Assembly: GCA_963744515.1 (NCBI GenBank) | Contig: CAVUTN010000006.1 | Location: 76,280 to 140,279 of the forward strand | Source of the DNA: an uncultured Actinomycetes bacterium | GTDB taxonomy: Bacteria > Actinomycetota > UBA4738 > HRBIN12 | Length of the DNA stretch: 64,000 bases | Reading direction: 5' to 3' | In this document: positions 30,177-41,234 of the stretch, one piece after another | Numbering within the stretch: position 1 is the first letter of the stretch | Layout of the letters: the number at the start of each line of letters is the position of its first letter | Position numbers and translations under genes: made by a program | The notes under the pieces: model-generated | Seen by the model: the letters and a program-made list of their open reading frames with translations, nothing else | Databases searched by the model: none | Told to the model about the DNA's origin: nothing

Positions 30177-31073
30177 ATGCCACCCAGAGCGATGTGGAAA
30201 GGGGCCATCTCGTTCGGCCTCGTCACGATCCCGGTCGCCGTCTACCCGGCCACCGAGGAGAAGTCGCTGAAGTTCAACCAGCTCCACGACGAGGACATGG
30301 GCCGGATCCGGTACAAGCGCGTGTGCTCGGTCGACGGCGAGGAGGTCGAGTTCGACCACATCGTCAAGGGGTTCGAGGTCGAGAAGGACAAGTACGTCGT
30401 CCTGACCGACGAGGACTTCGACGCCGTGCCGGTGGAGTCGAGCCGCGCGATCGACATCCAGCAGTTCGTCGACCTCGAGGAGATCGACCCGATCCTGTTC
30501 AAGAAGTCCTACTACCTCGTCCCGGACGAGACCGGTGCCAAGGCCTACGCGCTGCTGCGCAAGGCGCTCTCGGACGAGCGCAAGGTCGGGATCGCGAAGG
30601 TCAGCTTCCGCGACAAGGAGCACCTGTCCGCGCTCCGGTTCAAGGACGACGTGTTCGTCCTGGAGACGATGTACTGGCCGGACGAGGTCCGCGCCGCCGA
30701 GTTCGACACCGTGCCCGCCGACGAGAAGGTGCGCGAGAACGAGGTCGACATGGCCCGTTCGCTGATCGAGAGCCTCACCGAGCCGTGGAACCCCGAGGCG
30801 TTCACCGACGCGTACCGGGAGGCGATGCTCGAGATCGTCGAGAAGAAGCTCGCCGGCGAGCCGATCGAGGCGCCGACCGAAGAGGCCCCCGCGCGCGTCG
30901 TGGACCTGATGGAGGCCCTGAAGGCCTCGGTCGCGGCGGCCAAGGACAAGACGCCGTCGGCGGGCGGCGCCAAGCGGAGCAGCGCGAAGCGACCAGCGGC
31001 CAAGAAGACCGCGGCCAAGCGCGCGACCGCGACGAAGAAGGCCGCGCCACGCAAGAAGGCGTCGGGCGAGTAG
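30177..31073 (+). CDS. ku: NHEJ DNA-end-binding protein Ku
   Basis: ATG 30177 within track ORF 29814..31073: MPPRAMWKGAISFGLVTIPVAVYPAT..., with a Lys/Ala-rich C-terminal tail. Confidence 0.9.
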   Translation: MPPRAMWKGAISFGLVTIPVAVYPATEEKSLKFNQLHDEDMGRIRYKRVCSVDGEEVEFDHIVKGFEVEKDKYVVLTDEDFDAVPVESSRAIDIQQFVDLEEIDPILFKKSYYLVPDETGAKAYALLRKALSDERKVGIAKVSFRDKEHLSALRFKDDVFVLETMYWPDEVRAAEFDTVPADEKVRENEVDMARSLIESLTEPWNPEAFTDAYREAMLEIVEKKLAGEPIEAPTEEAPARVVDLMEALKASVAAAKDKTPSAGGAKRSSAKRPAAKKTAAKRATATKKAAPRKKASGE

Positions 31074-31149
31074 GACGCCGGTGACCTGGCTCGGCACGAG
31101 CCTGCGGCTCGCGGGCTAGGCTGGCCCCGTCCAGGCCCTCGGGAGCGCC

Positions 31150-31488
31150 GTGAAGCTCGTCGTCGCGATCGTCAAACCACATCGGCTCGACGAAGTGAAG
31201 GAGGCGCTCCAGGACGTCGGCGTGCACGGGCTCACCACCACCGACGTCGAGGGGTTCGGCCGCCAGCGTGGGCACACCGAGATCTACCGGGGCGCCGAGT
31301 ACCAGGTCGACTTCGTCCCGAAGATCAAGGTCGAGGTGCTGTGCGAGGACGAGCAGGTGAGCGGGATCGTCGATGCGCTCGCGAAGGCCGCTCGCACCGG
31401 CAAGATCGGCGACGGCAAGATCTGGGTGACGCCCGTCGAGCAGGTCCTGCGGATCCGGACCGGCGAGATGGGTCCCGACGCCCTCTAG
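31150..31488 (+). CDS. glnB: nitrogen regulatory protein P-II
   Basis: Track ORF of 112 aa: MKLVVAIVKPHRLDEVKEAL...T-loop GRQRGHTEIYRGAEY. Confidence 0.9.
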   Translation: MKLVVAIVKPHRLDEVKEALQDVGVHGLTTTDVEGFGRQRGHTEIYRGAEYQVDFVPKIKVEVLCEDEQVSGIVDALAKAARTGKIGDGKIWVTPVEQVLRIRTGEMGPDAL

Positions 31489-31489
31489 C

Positions 31490-33956
31490 GTGAGCGAGCG
31501 GCCCGCGCCGGTCGGCCGGCTCCTGCAGGACCTCGGTTCGCTCGACCGCGCGTACTCGGCGGGCCATCACGGCCGGTGGTCCGGGCGTCGCCGCGCCGAG
31601 CTCGTCGATGGCTGCCTCCGCGATCTCGCGACCGCCGCCGGGATGCCCGAGGACGTCGCGCTCGTCGCGCTCGGTGGGTACGGACGCGGGACGCTCGCGC
31701 CCGGCTCCGATCTCGACCTGCTGATCCTGCACGAGGGGAGGTCGGCGGACGCGGTCGCGGCGCTCGCCGAGACCCTGCTGTACCCGCTGTGGGACGCCGG
31801 CCTGCGCGTCGGTCACGCGGTCCGAACGCCGGAGGTCTGCGTCGAGATCGCGGCCGAACGGCTCGATGCGACGACGGCGATGCTCGACGGCCGGCTCCTC
31901 GCGGGATCCGCGTCGGGATGGGACGACGTCCGTTCGGCGGTGCTCGCGCCCGTCCGCGGCGATCCGCGCGCGTTCGCCCAACGCCTGGTGGCCGATCGCG
32001 ACGCCCGGCGCGAGCGGTTCGGCTCCGTCTCGTCCCTGCTCGAACCCGAGCTCAAGGAGGGCGTCGGTGGGCTCCGCGACGTCCACGCGCTCGCGTGGGT
32101 CCGGGCCGCGATCGGCCGCCCGCTCGAGGAGGCGGGCATCCTGCGCGAGGCGGAACATCGTTCGGTCGACGGCGCCGAGGAGTTCCTCACGCGGGTCCGG
32201 AGCGCGCTCCACCTGGAGACGGGCCGGGGTTCGGACCGGCTCCTCGCCGAGCAGCAGCCCTCGATCGCGGCGGCGATGGGCTTCGCGGACGAGCCCGGAC
32301 TCCCGGCGGTCGACGGGCTGATGCGTTCGGTGTTCGAGCAGGCGCGCCAGGTCGAGCACGTCACGGCCTCGGTGTTCGACCGGTTCCTGCGCGGGACCTC
32401 GCCGCCGGCACCGCTCGACGCCACCCCCGAGGGGATCCTGCGTGCGTTCGCGTCGGGCGCGCGCGACGGGCACGTGATGCCGGCCGCCTCGCTCGACGCG
32501 ATGGCGGCGGTGTCGATCGACGCCGACCGACCGTGGACCGAACCGACCCGATCGGCGTTCCTCGAGCTCCTACGGTGCGGACCCGCGGCGGTCGACGCGC
32601 TCGAGACCCTCGATCGCATCGGCCTGCTCGAACGCTACGTGCCCGCGTGGGGGCCGGTCCGATGTCGCCCGCAGCGTGACCCCTACCACCGGTCCTCGGT
32701 CGACGTGCACCTGCTGGCGACGCTCGCCGGCGTCGCCCGACTGCTGGAGGACACCGGGCGACGACCCGTCCGTGGCGCTCGCGGTCCGGGCGGTCCCGGA
32801 CGCCGACGCGCTGCGGCTCGGCGCGCTCCTGCACGACATCGGCAAGACCGGGCAGGGGCACCACGTCGAGACCGGGACGAGCGTCGCCCGCGAGACGCTC
32901 GAGCACGCGGGCGCGTCCGGCCCGACCGCCGACCTCGTGCTGTTCCTCGTCGCGGAGCACCTGCTCCTGTCGGACACGGCGACCCGTCGCGACCTCGACG
33001 ACGAGCGGTTGATCGTCGACGTGGCCGACCGCGTCGGCGACCAGGGTCGTCTGGGGTCGCTGTACCTCCTGACGATCGCCGACGCCGAGGCGACGGGTCC
33101 GCTCGCGTGGACGCCGTGGCGCGCGAGCCTGGTCCGCGAGCTCGTCGCCAAGGTCCGCCACGTCCTCGAACGCGACGACGTGGGTTCGGGTACCGCCGAA
33201 CGGCTGACGGCACGGGCGGAGGAGATCCGGGCGGCGCTGGCGGACGAGGACGCCGAGGCGGTCGAACGCTTCCTGCTGCGGATGCCGCGCGGCTACGTCC
33301 TGACGGTTCCGATCGACCGCGTGCCGATCCATCACCGCCTGCTCGCCCCGGCCGTGGGCTCGCACGAGGTGCGCACCCACGCCACCGAAGGCTCGCGCGC
33401 GGACGCCTACGAGCTCGCGGTCGTCGCCGCGGACCGGCCCGGGCTGCTCTCGATGATCGCGGGGGCCCTCTCGCTCGCGGGGCTGTCGATCCTCACCGCC
33501 CAGGTGTTCACGACGGACGACGGCGTCGCCGTCGACCTGTTCGAGATCGAGGGGGTGTTCGAGCCCGAGGTCGGCGAGGAGCGTTGGCGCGAGTTCCGTA
33601 CGACGCTGCGCAAGGCGATCGAGGGCCGGCTCTCGCTCGACCACCGAGTCCGCGAGAAGCGGCGCTCCTACCCCGAGCCGCCGACCGGCGTGCCGGTGCG
33701 GGTCGAGGTCGACAACGAGGCGTCGGACTTCTTCACCGTGATCGAGGTGGGCGCGCCCGACCGCCTGGGGCTGCTGTTCGACATCACCCGAACGTTCGCC
33801 GAGCTCCAGCTCGACGTGCACCTCGCGAAGGTGGCGACGTTCGGCGGGCGCGTCGTCGACGCCTTCTACGTCCGCGACGAGCTCGGTCGCAGGGTGGACG
33901 ATCCCGAGATCGTGACGGAGCTGGGACACGCGCTCCGGTCCCGCATCGAGCGCTGA
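31490..33956 (+). CDS. glnD: [protein-PII] uridylyl/adenylyltransferase GlnD; +1 frameshift near 32755
   Basis: GGYGRGTLAPGSDLDLL (nucleotidyltransferase), LLHDIGK (HD domain) and two C-terminal ACT-like repeats. Track ORFs 31490.. and 32676..33956 join at LLEDTG-DDPSVAL. Confidence 0.85.
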
Positions 33957-33998
33957 TCGGCGAGCCCGGATCCGGCCCGAACCGACGCGCTGGCGTCG

Positions 33999-34706
33999 TC
34001 ACACCATCGTCCGGAGACGATCGGCCATCCTCGTGCTCGCTCCCTCGTCCTCGTGCTTGAAGTAGCAGTAGACGTCGCTGCCGGCATCGAGGGCCGGTCG
34101 GATGCGTTCGGCCCACCCCCGCAGCTCGTCGTCCGTGTACTCGTTCTTGCGCAGGCGCAGGAACCCGAACGGCTCCCACGACAGGTCGTCGGGGCCCGGG
34201 TCGTGCTCGTCGGTCTCGGCCACGCACCAGGCCACGCCCTGGTCGAGCAACAGGTCGCGCGCCTCCACCCACGAGGGGTGTCGGAACTCCATCGCCGATC
34301 TCGGCGTGGGAGGCAGGTAGCCGACGAACGACTCGATCAGGGCACGGTCGTAGGTGAGCGTGGGCGGGCACTGGTACAGCACGGTCCCGAGCCGATCGCC
34401 CAACAGCCGCCCGAGCTCCAGGAAGTCCCGGACGTCCTGGTCCACGTCGGCCAGCCGCTTCCAGTGCGTGATCCGTTGGTTGGCCTTGAGCGTGAACCGG
34501 AAGCCCTCGGGGGTCTCGGCCTTCCAGGTCTCGAGCGACTTCTGGGTCGGGAAGCGCCGGAACGTGTAGTTGATCTCGACCGAGGGGAACCGGCTCGCGT
34601 AGTACGAGAGCATCTCGCGGTTCTTCAACCCCTCGGGGTAGAAGACGCCGTGCTTCCACTGGTCGTAGGAGAACCCGGAGGTGCCGAGGTAGAGGGTGCC
34701 GGCCAT
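33999..34706 (-). CDS. DUF72-family protein
   Basis: Track ORF 33999..34916 from ATG 34706: MAGTLYLGTSGFSYDQWKHGVFYPEGL...SVEINYTFRRFP... Confidence 0.8.
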   Translation of the reverse strand: MAGTLYLGTSGFSYDQWKHGVFYPEGLKNREMLSYYASRFPSVEINYTFRRFPTQKSLETWKAETPEGFRFTLKANQRITHWKRLADVDQDVRDFLELGRLLGDRLGTVLYQCPPTLTYDRALIESFVGYLPPTPRSAMEFRHPSWVEARDLLLDQGVAWCVAETDEHDPGPDDLSWEPFGFLRLRKNEYTDDELRGWAERIRPALDAGSDVYCYFKHEDEGASTRMADRLRTMV

Positions 34707-34722
34707 CTGACAGGATTCTGGC

Positions 34723-35400
34723 ATGGCCACGCCCGAGAGCCGAAGCCGCATCCAGCTGCCCACGTCCGGCGAGGTCGGTGCGGCGTGGATCCGCCCGAAG
34801 GACGCCGCGGCGACCCTGGTCGTCGCCCACGGCGCCGGTGCGGGCATGGACCACCCGTTCCTGGTCGGTTTCTGTCGTGCGATGGGGGAGGCGCGCGTGG
34901 CGACGATGCGCTTCAACTTCCCCTACATCGAGCGCGGGCGCCGCGCACCCGATCCCGAACGCGTCCTGCGCGAGACCTGGCTGGCGGCCTTCGACGCGGC
35001 GTCCGAACGCGCCGAAGGCCGGGCCGTCCTCGCGGGGGGCAAGTCGCTCGGCGGCCGCATCGCCTCGATGTGCGCGGCCGACGGGATGCCGGCGGCCGGG
35101 CTCGTGTTCCTCGGCTACCCGCTGCACGCGCCGGGCAAGACCGACAAGCCGCGCGCGGACCACCTCGAGCGGATCGAGGTCCCGATGCTGTTCCTGCAGG
35201 GGACCAGGGATCCGTTCGCGAACCCCGAGCTGTTGGCCACGGTGATCGCGAAGCTCGGCGACCGGGCCGTGCTCGAACCCGTCGAGGGCGGCGATCACTC
35301 GTTCCGGATCCGCGGCGTCAAGGCGGACGATCGCGAGATCGGCGCCGCGCTGGCCGGGACGGCGGCGCCGTTCGTCCGCCGGGTCGCCGGGGAGCGCTGA
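34723..35400 (+). CDS. alpha/beta hydrolase (dienelactone-hydrolase/KANL3-like)
   Basis: Track ORF of 225 aa with GKSLGGR (nucleophile elbow GxSxG) and GGDHSF. Confidence 0.75.
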   Translation: MATPESRSRIQLPTSGEVGAAWIRPKDAAATLVVAHGAGAGMDHPFLVGFCRAMGEARVATMRFNFPYIERGRRAPDPERVLRETWLAAFDAASERAEGRAVLAGGKSLGGRIASMCAADGMPAAGLVFLGYPLHAPGKTDKPRADHLERIEVPMLFLQGTRDPFANPELLATVIAKLGDRAVLEPVEGGDHSFRIRGVKADDREIGAALAGTAAPFVRRVAGER

Positions 35401-35676
35401 TGCCCCGCCGGAACCGTCGAGCCCCGGACGACGCGCCGCAGGCCGCACGGATGCCGCAGTCGGCGGCGCCCGCATGGGCGAGCGTTCCCGGCGTCGAGGT
35501 GCGGCGGCTGACCAGCGACAAGCCCTACCGATGCCCCGGCTGCGATCTCGAGATCCGACCCGGGGACGTGGCACTTCGTCGTCGTCCCGGCCGTCGCCGA
35601 GGAACGGCGCCACTGGCACGAGCGCTGCTGGCAGATCGAGCTCAACCGGACGCGCGGCCGCCGTTCGGGCGGCTGA
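35400..35676 (+). CDS. small conserved zinc-ribbon-like protein; +1 frameshift near 35560-35575
   Basis: ATG overlaps the upstream stop (TGATG). ...KPYRCPGCDLEIRPG... then the shifted frame reads HFVVVPAVAEERRHWHERCWQIEL..., ending at TGA 35674-35676. Confidence 0.5.
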
Positions 35677-35706
35677 ACGTCCCCGCGCCGCGGCTATCAT
35701 CGGCCC

Positions 35707-36060
35707 GTGCCGCCACCACCCGTGCGGGCGTCGATGCATCACGAGCCACCGGTCTGGGTGGGCACGGTCCACGGTCGCGAGATCCGGCGGCGCACCCGCG
35801 AGGGATGCCTGAACGGTCTGCGCAAGCTCGCGGGCGACGACGCGTCGCTGTGGATCGAGATCACCCCCGACGTCGTCGGCGTGAGCGAGGCCGCGACGAT
35901 CCTCGGATGGGATCGCCGACGCGTGGCGACGTACGTGAGCCGTGGCGCGTTCCCGGAACCGATCGCCGCGCTCGCGTCCGGCCGCGTCTGGCGGCGCGAG
36001 GACGTCGAGGCCTTCGGCCGCGACCGCCTCCGGCGCAAGGGCCGCAGGATCGCCCGGTGA
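35707..36060 (+). CDS. helix-turn-helix (excisionase/MerR-like) DNA-binding protein
   Basis: Track ORF; VSEAATILGWDRRRVATYVSRGAFPEPIAALASGRVWRREDVEAF. Alternative start ATG 35734. Confidence 0.55.
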   Translation: MPPPPVRASMHHEPPVWVGTVHGREIRRRTREGCLNGLRKLAGDDASLWIEITPDVVGVSEAATILGWDRRRVATYVSRGAFPEPIAALASGRVWRREDVEAFGRDRLRRKGRRIAR

Positions 36061-36705
36061 CCGAACGGATCCTGTACCTGGTCCGCCACGGCGAGTCCGA
36101 CTTCGACTCCACGCGGACGACGCCGGGCCCCAGGGGCGAGCAGTGGGACCCGCCGCTCGGCGAACGCGGGCGGGAGCAGGCGGCGCACCTCGCCGCCCGG
36201 CTCCGCGCGATGCCCGAGCCCGCGGTGGTCGCCTCCTCGCCGCTCCGGCGAGCGCGCGAGACCGCGTCGGCGTACGCGGAGCCCGCCGGCCTCGACGTGC
36301 TCGTCGACGCCGATCTCGCCGAGGCCCACCTGGGCGAGTGGGAGGGCAAGTCGTTCGAGGAGATCCTCTCGACCGACGAGCAGATGCTGCACCGGGTCCG
36401 CAACCAGGAGCCGATCTGGCGCCATGCCCCGTTCGTCGAGGAGCTCGGGCCGTTCCGGGCGCGGGTCGGCGCCGCCGTCGAACGGCTGCTGGCGGCGCCA
36501 CCCGGAGGGCAACGTCCTCGTGTTCTGCCACGGCGGGGTGATCAACGCGTACATCGCGCCGCTGCTCGGGGTGGATCACGAGATGTTCTTCGTGCCCGAG
36601 AACACCTCGCTCAACTCGATCGTCGTCGACGGCGAGCACCGCCGCGTCCGGTTCCTCAACGACGCGCTCCATCTGACCGACCCCCACCTGTTCGCGGACG
36701 CCTGA
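36057..36705 (+). CDS. histidine phosphatase (phosphoglycerate-mutase-like) family protein; +1 frameshift near 36500
   Basis: GTGA overlap start. ILYLVRHGESDF (RHG motif) joins track ORF 36424..36705 (VLVFCHGGVINAY). Confidence 0.8.
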
Positions 36706-36770
36706 GGCGTTGGGGTCCTAGACTCCGCGCGTCAACCGCAGCCCGAACGACGGACCAACAGGAGGCCGAC

Positions 36771-37154
36771 ATGCCCGTCCAGTTCCTTTCCCCCGAATGG
36801 ACCGAGGAGCTCGAGAAGCGCCTGAACGCGAGCGACGCGTTCCGGGCCGCCGCGTCCGCCGCGAACGTGACGATCCAGAACGTGATCGAGACCCCGGACG
36901 GTCCCAAGCGCTACTGGATGCGGTTCGAGGGGGGCTCGGTCAAGCTCGAGGCCGGGGACGCGGAGAAGGCCGACGCCACGATCGAACAGGACTACGCCAC
37001 GGCGGTCGCGCTCGCCAAGAGCGAGCTGAACCCCGTCTCGGCCTTCATGACCGGGAAGATCCGCATCAACGGCAGCATGATGCTCCTGATGCAGCTCCAG
37101 GGGGCCCTGTCCGAGCTCGCGAAGGAGATGCAGGAGATCGACGTCGACTACTGA
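36771..37154 (+). CDS. SCP2 sterol-binding-domain protein
   Basis: ATG 36771 in the frame of track ORF 34053..37154: MPVQFLSPEWTEELEKRLN...NPVSAFMTGKIRINGSMMLLMQLQ. Confidence 0.8.
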   Translation: MPVQFLSPEWTEELEKRLNASDAFRAAASAANVTIQNVIETPDGPKRYWMRFEGGSVKLEAGDAEKADATIEQDYATAVALAKSELNPVSAFMTGKIRINGSMMLLMQLQGALSELAKEMQEIDVDY

Positions 37155-37319
37155 GGATGGGGTTCGCGCCACCCCGTTCGGGCCCCGCCCATCCGATCGT
37201 GCGCTCCCCGACGTACCTGGGGTGGGTGCGCAGACCTCGTTTGACGGGTTCGACCCGGCGAGCGGAGAATCTACGGCCGTGCCCCGTGTTCGGGGCATCA
37301 TCGGATGGGAGGGGGAAGC

Positions 37320-38438
37320 ATGCGCTCATGGCGAGCGAAGGCGCTGGTCCTCATCGGCGTACTGTCCCTCGTCGCTGCGGCGTGCGGCGGGGATGACGAC
37401 GGCGGTGAGACGGGCGGGGCCGGCGGTACCGCGACGGGCGGTGGCGCCGCCGAATGCAACGCGGACCTGAAGGTCGGGGTGGCCTTCGACATCGGAGGCT
37501 TGGGTGACAAGTCGTTCAACGACTCCGCGAACGCCGGGCTGCAACAGGCGATCGCCGACGGCCTCGTGTGCGAGGACAATGCCATCCTCAACGAAGCGAA
37601 CTCGACCGGCTCGGACCGGGACCAGAACGTCCAGGCCTTGGCCGACGCCGGCATGAACATCGTGATCGGGGTCGGGTTCTCGTTCTCGCCGGGGATCAAC
37701 ACGATCGCCCCCGACTACCCGGACGTGAACTTCATGATCGTGGACGGCTTCGCCACCTGCGGCACCGCGTGCGGGCTGACCAACGACGCCGAAGCGATCC
37801 CGAACGTCGCCGACTACACCTTCAAGGAGCAGGAGGGTTCGTTCCTGGTGGGTGCGGCGGCCGTGCTGAAGTGCGAGTGCGAGACGATCGGGTTCCTCGG
37901 TGGCCAGCAGGGCACCGGCCTGATCGAGAAGTTCCAGGCCGGGTACGAGGCGGGTGCGCATCAGATCGACCCGAACGTCGAGGTCCTCGTCGAGTACATC
38001 GGCGACAGCACCGAGGCGTTCAACGACCCCGTCAAGGGCCAGCAGCTCTCGACGAAGATGTACGACGAGGGCGCCGAGATCGTCTACCACGCGTCGGGCG
38101 CGTCGGGTGCCGGACTGTTCAACGCGGCCGTCGAGGCCCAGAAGGAAGCGATCGGCGTGGACTCGGACCAGTACCTCACGGCGAGCCCCGAGCAGCAGCC
38201 GCTGATCCTGACCTCGATGCTCAAGCGCGTGGACGTCGCGGTCTACAACGCGATCCAGGCGCAGGGGGAGGGCACGTTCGGCGGCAGCCAGGTGTTCGGG
38301 ATGGCGGAGGACGGGGTCGACTACGCGACCTCGAACCCGACCGAGCTGACGGCCGACATCACCGAGCAGCTGGACGAGTTCAAGCAGCAGATCATCGACG
38401 GCACCATCGTCGTGCCCGACACGCCGGAAGGCGCCTAG
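37320..38438 (+). CDS. BMP-family (PnrA/Med-like) ABC substrate-binding lipoprotein, probably nucleoside-binding
   Basis: Track ORF 37305..38438. MRSWRAKALVLIGVLSLVAAACGG has a lipobox; also FDIGGLGDKSFND and GVDSDQY. Confidence 0.85.
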   Translation: MRSWRAKALVLIGVLSLVAAACGGDDDGGETGGAGGTATGGGAAECNADLKVGVAFDIGGLGDKSFNDSANAGLQQAIADGLVCEDNAILNEANSTGSDRDQNVQALADAGMNIVIGVGFSFSPGINTIAPDYPDVNFMIVDGFATCGTACGLTNDAEAIPNVADYTFKEQEGSFLVGAAAVLKCECETIGFLGGQQGTGLIEKFQAGYEAGAHQIDPNVEVLVEYIGDSTEAFNDPVKGQQLSTKMYDEGAEIVYHASGASGAGLFNAAVEAQKEAIGVDSDQYLTASPEQQPLILTSMLKRVDVAVYNAIQAQGEGTFGGSQVFGMAEDGVDYATSNPTELTADITEQLDEFKQQIIDGTIVVPDTPEGA

Positions 38439-38455
38439 GGCCCGGCGAGGACACC

Positions 38456-39988
38456 GTGACGATCGGTGCAGGGGCGGGGGGCAACGGCTCCCCGCCCCTC
38501 GTCGCGCTCGAACACATCACCAAGCGCTTCCCCGGTGTCCTGGCCAACGACGAGGTCGACCTGGAGCTGCGCGCCGGCGAGGTCCATGCGCTGATCGGCG
38601 AGAACGGCGCGGGCAAGTCCACCCTGATGCGCGTCCTCTACGGGATGTATCCGGCCGACGGGGGGCGGATCCTCGTGCGGGGGCAGGAGGTCAAGATCGG
38701 ATCCCCGCGCGACGCGATCGCGAACGGGATCGGGATGGTCCACCAGCACTTCGTCCTGGTGGACCCGTTCACCGTCACCGAGAACATCATCCTCGGCGAG
38801 GAGGGCGGGGAGCGACTCGACGTCGTCGCGGCGCAGCAGCGCATCGCCGAGCTCGCGGACTCCTACGGGTTCCGCGTGGATCCCGGGGCGGTCGTGGAGG
38901 AGCTGTCGGTCGGCGAGGAGCAGCGCGTCGAGATCCTCAAGGCGCTGTACCGCGGCGTGGAGATCCTCATCCTGGACGAGCCGACGGCGGTGCTCACGCC
39001 CAGCGAGACCAAGGACCTGTTCGGCAACCTCCGGAAGCTCCGCGAGGCCGGCCGGACGATCGTGTTCATCAGCCACAAGCTGGACGAGGTGATGGAGATC
39101 GCCGACCGCATCACGGTCCTTCGGCGCGGGCGCGTGGTCGGCGAGACCCGTCCGGCCGAGACCTCGAAGGCCAAGCTCGCCGAGATGATGGTGGGCCGTC
39201 CCGTGCTGTTCCGTCTCGAGAAGCCGACGGTCCAGATCGGGGAGCCGGTGCTCCGGGTCCAGGACCTCACCGGCGACGGCAAGCTGAACGGCGTGAGCCT
39301 GGAGGTACGCGCCGGGGAGATCCTGGGGGTCGCCGGCGTCGAGGGCAACGGACAGCGCGAGCTGGCGGAGTCGCTGATCGGCCTGCGGACCCCCGCATCC
39401 GGCACGATCGAGCTCGAGGGATCGTCGATCGCGGGGCGAGGCGTGTTCGACATCCGCAACGCCGGGGTCGCGTACATCCCCGAGGACCGGCACGAGCAGG
39501 GGCTGGTGCTCAACATGACGTTGTGGGAGAACGCGCTGCTCGGGCGTCAGGACGACGCCGAGTTCTCGGGGACCCTCGGCGTCCTGTTCATCAAGAAGGT
39601 CAAGGAGCTGACCGCTCGGCTGATCGAGCTGTTCGACGTCCGGGCGCGCAGCGTCGACGTGGCGGCCTCGACGCTGTCGGGCGGCAACCAGCAGAAGCTC
39701 ATCCTCGCGAGGGAGCTCGAGACCGATCCGAAGCTCCTCATCGCGGCGCAGCCGACCCGCGGCCTGGACGTCGGGGCGATCGAGTTCGTCTGGAAGCAGA
39801 TCCTCGACCAGAAGGCCGCCGGCAGGGGCGTGCTGCTCATCTCGGCCGAGCTCGACGAGATCTACGCGCTCTCGGACCGGATCGTGACCTTGTACGAGGG
39901 CAAGATCACCGGCGAGTTCCCGCCCGACGCCCCGCCCGAGCAGATCGGGATCGGCATGCTCGGCCGGGCGCCCGAGGAGGCGGCGTAG
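38456..39988 (+). CDS. ABC transporter ATP-binding protein with duplicated ATPase domains
   Basis: GTG 38456 in track ORF 37568..39988. GENGAGKST, LSVGEEQRV, ILILDEPT; second half has LSGGNQQK. Intact. Confidence 0.9.
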   Translation: MTIGAGAGGNGSPPLVALEHITKRFPGVLANDEVDLELRAGEVHALIGENGAGKSTLMRVLYGMYPADGGRILVRGQEVKIGSPRDAIANGIGMVHQHFVLVDPFTVTENIILGEEGGERLDVVAAQQRIAELADSYGFRVDPGAVVEELSVGEEQRVEILKALYRGVEILILDEPTAVLTPSETKDLFGNLRKLREAGRTIVFISHKLDEVMEIADRITVLRRGRVVGETRPAETSKAKLAEMMVGRPVLFRLEKPTVQIGEPVLRVQDLTGDGKLNGVSLEVRAGEILGVAGVEGNGQRELAESLIGLRTPASGTIELEGSSIAGRGVFDIRNAGVAYIPEDRHEQGLVLNMTLWENALLGRQDDAEFSGTLGVLFIKKVKELTARLIELFDVRARSVDVAASTLSGGNQQKLILARELETDPKLLIAAQPTRGLDVGAIEFVWKQILDQKAAGRGVLLISAELDEIYALSDRIVTLYEGKITGEFPPDAPPEQIGIGMLGRAPEEAA

Positions 39989-41234
39989 TGTCCGCCGAGG
40001 GACTCGCGGCCCCGATCGGCGCCGACCCGCACCCGCCCGGCGTGGCTGGAGAGCTTCGCCGGCCAGTTCCTCGCGTTGCTCGCCTCGTTCGGGCATCGCC
40101 CTGCTCGCGGGGTCGCTCCTGATCCTCGCGTACGGCGAGAACCCGATCGACGTGTACGCGTCGATCTTCGATGCCTCGCTCGGATCGGCCGACGGCATCG
40201 GGTACGTCCTGGCGATCGCGACCCCGCTGATCTTCGCCGCCCTCGCCGTGTCCGTCTGCTTCAAGGGCGGGCTGTTCAACATCGGCGTCGAGGGCCAGTA
40301 CCTCGTCGCGATGATCACGGCAGCGGTGGCCGAGCTCAACCTGGACTTCCTCCCCGGCCCGCTGCTGATCCCCGCCGTGCTGCTCGCCGCCATGCTCGGC
40401 GGGATGATCTGGGCCGCCGTCCCGGGCATCCTGAAGGTCAGGACCGGGGCGCACGAGGTGGTCACGACGATCATGATGAACGGGATCGCCGATCAGCCTC
40501 GTCGGGTGGGCGCTCAACGGACCGCTCCACTACAACGACGCGCCCGAGGGAGCCTTCGTCGACCTGCGGTCCAACGTCTTCCCCGCCAAGGGCCTGGCCG
40601 GCGATCTGGGCGCGATGTTCGGCGTCACGCCGGGGGCGCACCTGTCGTGGCTGCTGTTCCTCGCGATCGGGGCCGCGATCGTCGTGTGGTTCCTGATCCG
40701 GCGAACGCGTCTCGGGCTACGAGGCCCGCGCGGTCGGCTCGTCGCCGGGATCGGCCAAGGCGGGGGGTGTGTCGATCGGCGGCGACGCAGCTGCGCCTGT
40801 TCCTGATCTCGGGGGCGCTGGCCGGGCCTGATCGGGATGCAGCATGATCCTGGCCGATCGCGGGCTACCTGCCCCTCAACTACGTCGTCGGTCTCGGGTT
40901 CACGGGGATCGCCGTGGCCTTCCTGGGCCAGAACAACCCGATCGGCATCATCTTCGCCGCGATCCTGTGGGGCGATCCTGTCGCGCGGCGAGGTGGCGCT
41001 GCAGATCTCGAGCGAGGTGCCGCGCGAGTTCATCATCATCCTGCAGGGGCTGCTGATCCTGACCGTCGTGATCACGTACCAGATCGCCAAGCGCCGGCTG
41101 GCCGCCCGCCAGCTCCAACGCGCGGGCATGGCCGGCGAGCTGGACGACTCGGACGCGCCGGACGAGAGCTCGGACCGCGCGGCCCCGAGGACATCGGGCC
41201 CGAGGCGTTCGAGCCCGAGGAAGAGGATCGCTGA
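39988..41234 (+). CDS. ABC transporter permease 1; about nine frameshifts
   Basis: Conserved permease sequence hops frames: ...FGIALLAGSLLILAYGENP...GLFNIGVEGQYLVA...TGAHEVVTTIMMNGIA / ISLVGWALNG... / YEARAVGSSPGSAKAGGV / ...GFTGIAVAFLGQNNPIGIIFAAILWG / ...EFIIILQGLLILTVV..., ending at TGA 41232-41234. Confidence 0.7.

Noticed and set aside
31074-31149. GTGAC-N6-CGGCAC upstream of glnB as a GlnR box.
   Set aside because: The second half does not match the GAAAC half-site.
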